DNA of 64,000 nt from a virus, in IMG/VR virus record IMGVR_UViG_3300046806_000356, positions 32,001-96,000 of that record; one strand, written 5' to 3'. Positions 59,801 through 64,000 of the stretch are shown here, piece by piece. The translations under genes were made by a program, and so were the position numbers. Each line of letters starts with the position of its first letter. Position 1 is the first letter of the stretch. The notes beneath the pieces were generated by a model. That model was not told where the DNA came from. It made no database searches and saw only the letters and a list, made by a program, of their open reading frames with translations.

Positions 59801-62800
59801 CCACAGATATACCAGTAATTGGATCAAGATTAAAGAGGGCATCGGATACTTTAGATTTTAGGCCAAGAGTTGCAACTTTTGATCCAAATTCAACCAATGC
59901 ATCACCATTTGATTTTGGGTCAAGAAGTTTTGGTACGGATCCAAAAGTAATTCTTACACCCAATGAATCTTCTTCTATTGGATATGATTATTATTTGGGA
60001 AGAGTAGATAGACTATATTTGGATAAAACTGGTAATTTTATTCTTGAAAAGGGAGTTTCTTCAAATACACCAAAAGCTCCAACAAAAAGTGATGCAATGA
60101 TGGAAATTGCTACTATACAACTTCCACCGTATCTCTACAATCCTCAAGATGCTCGCATACAACTGAGAGATAATAGAAGATATACTATGAGGGATATTGG
60201 ATTTATTGACAATAGAGTCAGTAATTTGGAAAGAGTGACTTCATTATCGTTCTTGGAAATTGATACTCAAACTTTACAAATACAAGATGCTGAAGGTCGA
60301 AATAGGTTTAAGAGTGGATTTTTTGTTGATGATTTTAAAAACTATAATTTTATGAATCGTCAATTAACTACAGCCCAAGTAAATCCATCTGCAAATGAAC
60401 TTATTCCATTAATAAGCAGAAACTCAATTAAATCAAAATTGGTCTCCGCAACTTCTGTAACTGATGAATCTTTAGATTATAAATTAAATTTTGAATTATT
60501 GGATTCCAACGTTCAAAAAACTGGAAACTGCGTAACACTCAAATATCAAGAAATTGGTTGGATTCAACAACTATTTGCAACTGGTGTAGAAAATGTCAAT
60601 CCATTTAATGTTGTTATATACACTGGTGTCATTAGTTTAAATCCATCAGTTGATAATTGGGTTCGAACAATCCAACTTCCAGATAAAAACATCAATATTA
60701 CAAATAATATACCCAGAACTATTCAAAGAAATCTTGTAAGTAATGTAAATGTTGATATAACTAATCCGGTTGTTCGTGAAACTTCGTCTTCCAGAGTTAT
60801 TGCAAGTGTAGCGGATGTAAGTAGAAGAGGAGAACAGGAAGCAATAGGATCAAATATAACAGATACTCCAACCACATCAACAAATACATCCTCAAATACA
60901 ACGCGGGACGTAAGTTTTGATACTGTAACAAATACTGATGTGTCTGTTAGAAACATTCTTATATCGGCATCAGATGAATCCTTTATGAGATCTAGAAATA
61001 CTGAGTTTTCAGTATCAAATCTCAAACCATCTACAAGATATTATCAGTTCTTGGATGGTAGTAGTTCGGTTGATTTTGTACCCAAATTAGTTGAAATTTC
61101 CAACGATTCAACTTTAGTAAATTCCGGATCAACTGGATCGTTTAAGGTGGGAGAAACTGTATTTGGATCAGTTAATGGTGTTAGATTGATATCATTCAGA
61201 CTTTGCACACCAAACCACAAGTATGGTCCATTTAATTCACCAACAACTTCATTTAATATCAATCCATATATTAAAACAGAATCTTTACCTTCTGCATATA
61301 GTCAAACTACAAAAATATTAAATATTGATACAGGATCATTGGCAGAAGAAGCACAAGGTAGATATACCGGTTATTTGACTAAAGGTATGCTTTTAGTTGG
61401 TCAAGAAAGTGGTGCAGTATCTTATGTAAGTGATCTAAGACTTATATCCGATAATTTTGGAGATTTAATAGGGACTTTCTTCCTAAGAGATGCGAATACA
61501 ATTCCTACACCTTCAGTCAGAATTCCAACAGGAACAAAAACATTCAGAATTACCTCAAGTAGCACAAATGATCCTGGTCTTCCAGGAAGTAATTCAATTT
61601 CCTTTGCAGAGACTAATTACAATTCTGATGGAACTTTAAATCAATTTGAAAATGAAGTAACAACAATAACAAACAATCTAACGACAACAACGGTAACCAA
61701 CCTAACAACAAACACTACATCATCTTTAACAACTATAGATCGAAATACTGAAACTTTATTAGCAGAGTACTATGATCCACTAGCGCAGTCATTTACTGTT
61801 GGTGGGAACATACAAGCACCAACAGAATATGACACTTCAGACGACATTAATGGTGCGTTCTTAACTTCTGTTGGATTGTATTTTGCCTCTAAAGATGATG
61901 GAAATGCACCATTAAGAGTTGAGATAAGGACAGTTGAACTTGGAACTCCAACTATGATAATTGTTGGAAAACCAGTTATTTTAAGACCCTCGGATATTAC
62001 AATTTCTGATGATGGTGAAACTGAAACAAAAGTAACGTTTGCAGAACCAATTTACTTATCTCCCGGTAGAGAGTATTCTGTTGTGATTATTTCTGCCCAC
62101 AGTGACAAATATGAAATGTGGATAGCAGAAATGGGTAAAAAGACGAGAAAAACTCAATCTTTACCAAATTCAGAATCTGTTGTTTACTCAAAGCAATTTG
62201 CACTGGGAAGTTTATTTAAATCACAAAATGGATCTATTTGGACAGCAAATCAGTATCAAGATCTTAAATTTAAACTTTATAAGGCACAGTTTACATCAAC
62301 CACCGGAACGGCATTCTTTACTAATCCATCATTGGATGAAAGTAACAGCTATGTATCGACACTGAATAATAATCCAATCAGGACATTACCAAAAACTGCT
62401 ACTTTAAGTATCAGCACATCTACAGATTCTACAATTATTAACAATATATTGATTGTAGGTAGAAAAATTTCTGGAACTAAACCAAATACTTATGGTTACA
62501 TTGTCGGAACTGGTAGTTCCGTCTCACGAGCACAAGTTACAGATGGTGGAACAAATTATCCAGCAAGTTCTACTCTTGCTAACTTAGAAACAACTAACAT
62601 TGTTGGAAGAGGTTCTGGATTGAGATTGAGTGTAAATACAAATTCAAGTGGATCTATTACTGGAATTGCGGCAACAACTGCAATTGGTCGTGGATATCAA
62701 GTTGGAGACGTTGTAGGTATTGTTACAAATTTGGGAAGAAATTCGAGAATTTCAATTTCTTCTATTACTTCTTTAGATACTTTATACTTATCGGGTCTTC

Positions 62801-64000
62801 AAGCAGAATCAAGTTCATTTGTAGTTGGTGCTGCAGTTAGTTACTATCCCAATGATTTCCCAACCAATCCTATTGTATCATTAGCATCAACAACAATAAC
62901 AAATTTTGTTATTGATGGGGGAGTTAATTCTGGAAATTATATTAAGATAAACCATTTTGATCATGGAATGTACTCTGGAATTGATAAAGTAAAAATAAGC
63001 AATGCTCAATCATCTTATTCACCAACAAAACTATCTGCAGAATTACTTGCAAATGGAACAACTTCTATTAGTGTAGGAAGTACAGAAATATTCTCTACTT
63101 TTGAAGGATTTAATGTTGGATCCGGAAACACTGGATATGTATTAATTGGTGAAGAAATAATTGGTTATTCAAATAGTTCTAACGGAACATTAACTATCGC
63201 ATCGAATGGTAGAGGGATTGATGGAACAGTTGTTACTCCACATCAAATAGATAGTTTAGTCTATAAGTATGAAATGAATGGAGTTTCTCTACGTAGAATC
63301 AACAAAGAACATACGATGAGTTCCACAAGTATAGGAATTGATGATTATTATATTCAGATATCCAGAACTGAAAGTGGTTCAAATAGATCTTCTGATGGTT
63401 CGGTAACTAATGCTCCAGAGTTATCATTTGTAAATGAGAGTTCTTTTGGAGGACCAAAAGTAAAAGCATCTGAAAATATTAATTATGATGGTTTAGTTCC
63501 AACATACAATTTAATTACTCCAGGATCTGCAACTTCAGTAAATGCATTTATTAGAACTGTAAGTGGAACAAGTATTGATGGAAATGAAAATTCATTCGTC
63601 GAACAACCATCGGAACCAGTTCAATTGAATGTATTAAATACACTCAGAAGTGTAAGACTAGTTGCTTCGGATATAAATGAAAAAAATCAACCTGGACTAA
63701 GTAAACTTTTGAGAAAGAAATCATTTACTACAGGAATTACTTTATCTACAGGAGATTCAAACTTATCTCCACTCATTTATCTTGATAACGCACTAACAGA
63801 GTTTACAATCAGTAGATTGGATAGTCCAATTGCAGATTATGCTACTGATAGCAGAGTTAATTCAATTTTAAACGACCCACACTCTGCAATTTATGTTTCA
63901 AATACTGTAAGGCTTGCACAACCTGCAACATCTCTTAAAGTTATTTTAAGTGCATATAGACATGAAAGTGCGGATTTTAGAGTTCTTTATAGTTTAATCA
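56839..64000 (+). CDS. Large virion structural protein (VrlC/DUF4815-like), runs off the window
   Basis: MAQKTNLNISPYYDDF...FYKVLFNPGRAVQARELTTLQSILQNQ; RTYDESGDY; DNRRYTMRDIG; RFKSGFFVDDF; YDPLAQSF. Absent from the ORF track, consistent with no stop before 64000. Confidence 0.88.
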   Translation, partial: MAQKTNLNISPYYDDFNSEKNFYKVLFNPGRAVQARELTTLQSILQNQVESFGSHIFKEGSVVIPGNIVYDGQFYAVKLNQTNFGTDISLYIDQYIGKKITGQTSGVTATVQHIELIDDISVLEPTIYVKYIDSDNNFNFTQFQDGESLIASENITYGNTTINSGTPFASLISLNATSTGSAAFIGNGVYFVRGYFVNVSQQTLLLDYYTNTSSYRVGLRIEESIVTAKDDIDLYDNAKGFTNYAAPGSDRFKIDLVLDKKPLTDLNDTNFIELLRIENGFIKKIETKSNNNIIRDYLAQRTYDESGDYSVEPFNPSIHNSLNDRLGSNGLFFENETTSQRNIPSNNLMCVKISPGKAYVRGYDIEKQSTVILDVDKPRETKSQSNVGISFEMGNLLRVNNVSGVPQQKGIVTFFSELNGSGSGVGSARVYNFNLTDSAFINGATNWDLYLYDIQTNTSLTLNNVISSSDLPTSSFVKGKNSGASGYAVSAGSNSSIITLRQTSGSFAPGEQISINGVDFPRTIVSITAYGTQNIKSIKQDSNFPITGIATFAANAVLERFRMPGNITQVSISTASGGVSTVTSVGRVFTGITTNTIVRYQKIGFNTETYNKVSSISSSGLSITLSGITTNVSGVFEGSLPTSTVLTNIFAAAPIIRNQDSAYLYTNLPNNNISKVNLSDSTLRISAQLPNQTITANTLTLSAATVASTLGISSVYFDSFDQEKYSVHYPNGTISSLSSDSVTASNDTLTIRNLTNTTAATVNVTLVKNNIRSKVKKYSRSETVEITRSKYKQSGAGINTSISDGLTYSQYYGLRVQDEEICLNVPDVAKVISIYESFNSSAPSFDRVLFTSTANVGTNSIVGENIIGSISNAVARIVNRLTSPANTLEVVYLTDDRFVTGETVTFEESNITTEIEAITLGSYKDVTNSYFLEKGQKDQYYDYSKIIRNKNVPESSKRLLIVYDRYTVESNDNGDVFTVLSYDEERFSTDIPVIGSRLKRASDTLDFRPRVATFDPNSTNASPFDFGSRSFGTDPKVILTPNESSSIGYDYYLGRVDRLYLDKTGNFILEKGVSSNTPKAPTKSDAMMEIATIQLPPYLYNPQDARIQLRDNRRYTMRDIGFIDNRVSNLERVTSLSFLEIDTQTLQIQDAEGRNRFKSGFFVDDFKNYNFMNRQLTTAQVNPSANELIPLISRNSIKSKLVSATSVTDESLDYKLNFELLDSNVQKTGNCVTLKYQEIGWIQQLFATGVENVNPFNVVIYTGVISLNPSVDNWVRTIQLPDKNINITNNIPRTIQRNLVSNVNVDITNPVVRETSSSRVIASVADVSRRGEQEAIGSNITDTPTTSTNTSSNTTRDVSFDTVTNTDVSVRNILISASDESFMRSRNTEFSVSNLKPSTRYYQFLDGSSSVDFVPKLVEISNDSTLVNSGSTGSFKVGETVFGSVNGVRLISFRLCTPNHKYGPFNSPTTSFNINPYIKTESLPSAYSQTTKILNIDTGSLAEEAQGRYTGYLTKGMLLVGQESGAVSYVSDLRLISDNFGDLIGTFFLRDANTIPTPSVRIPTGTKTFRITSSSTNDPGLPGSNSISFAETNYNSDGTLNQFENEVTTITNNLTTTTVTNLTTNTTSSLTTIDRNTETLLAEYYDPLAQSFTVGGNIQAPTEYDTSDDINGAFLTSVGLYFASKDDGNAPLRVEIRTVELGTPTMIIVGKPVILRPSDITISDDGETETKVTFAEPIYLSPGREYSVVIISAHSDKYEMWIAEMGKKTRKTQSLPNSESVVYSKQFALGSLFKSQNGSIWTANQYQDLKFKLYKAQFTSTTGTAFFTNPSLDESNSYVSTLNNNPIRTLPKTATLSISTSTDSTIINNILIVGRKISGTKPNTYGYIVGTGSSVSRAQVTDGGTNYPASSTLANLETTNIVGRGSGLRLSVNTNSSGSITGIAATTAIGRGYQVGDVVGIVTNLGRNSRISISSITSLDTLYLSGLQAESSSFVVGAAVSYYPNDFPTNPIVSLASTTITNFVIDGGVNSGNYIKINHFDHGMYSGIDKVKISNAQSSYSPTKLSAELLANGTTSISVGSTEIFSTFEGFNVGSGNTGYVLIGEEIIGYSNSSNGTLTIASNGRGIDGTVVTPHQIDSLVYKYEMNGVSLRRINKEHTMSSTSIGIDDYYIQISRTESGSNRSSDGSVTNAPELSFVNESSFGGPKVKASENINYDGLVPTYNLITPGSATSVNAFIRTVSGTSIDGNENSFVEQPSEPVQLNVLNTLRSVRLVASDINEKNQPGLSKLLRKKSFTTGITLSTGDSNLSPLIYLDNALTEFTISRLDSPIADYATDSRVNSILNDPHSAIYVSNTVRLAQPATSLKVILSAYRHESADFRVLYSLI

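Noticed and set aside
1-64000. Minus-strand ORFs in the track (e.g. 36800-37630, 35665-36306, 18214-18804, 24723-25277)
   Set aside because: They are shadows of well-supported + strand genes and show no recognisable motifs.
43049-64000. Inteins or introns in the very long structural genes
   Set aside because: No intein splice motifs, LAGLIDADG blocks or non-coding interruption seen apart from the one frameshift.
1-64000. tRNA or rRNA genes
   Set aside because: No cloverleaf with T-loop and acceptor stem recognised by eye; tRNAscan was not run.

Overview
This 64-kb window comes from a T4-like cyanophage (cyanomyovirus). The assignment rests on gp25, gp6, gp7-like and gp8 baseplate genes, T4-type TATAAATA late promoters, and the cyanobacterial auxiliary genes cp12, cpeT and speD. 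All credible genes are on the + strand. Layout: two tail-fibre genes (1-6179); a ~32-kb accessory/early region of roughly 100 mostly small ORFs (6.2-38.5 kb); a conserved glycosyltransferase/speD block; then baseplate and virion genes to the window end. The accessory region includes a helicase, PD-(D/E)XK nucleases, an MjaI-like R-M pair, an ArdA-like protein, four 2OG-Fe(II) oxygenases, an LpxH-like phosphoesterase and a ligase-like nucleotidyltransferase. The main signal not explained by genes is a 24-bp palindrome (TGTGCCA-N10-TGGCACA) found 19 times, always 27-30 bp upstream of a -10 box and often overwriting the 3' end of the previous gene. Several single genes are also bracketed by 16-27-bp direct repeats, so the region looks like a shuffled promoter-plus-gene cassette array. 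A separate locus at 32.2-33.1 kb has a perfect antisense sigma70 promoter, phased TCTCGACGAG(A) palindromes and hairpins, and is a candidate origin or regulatory hub. All calls were made by eye from motifs; no database search was run.
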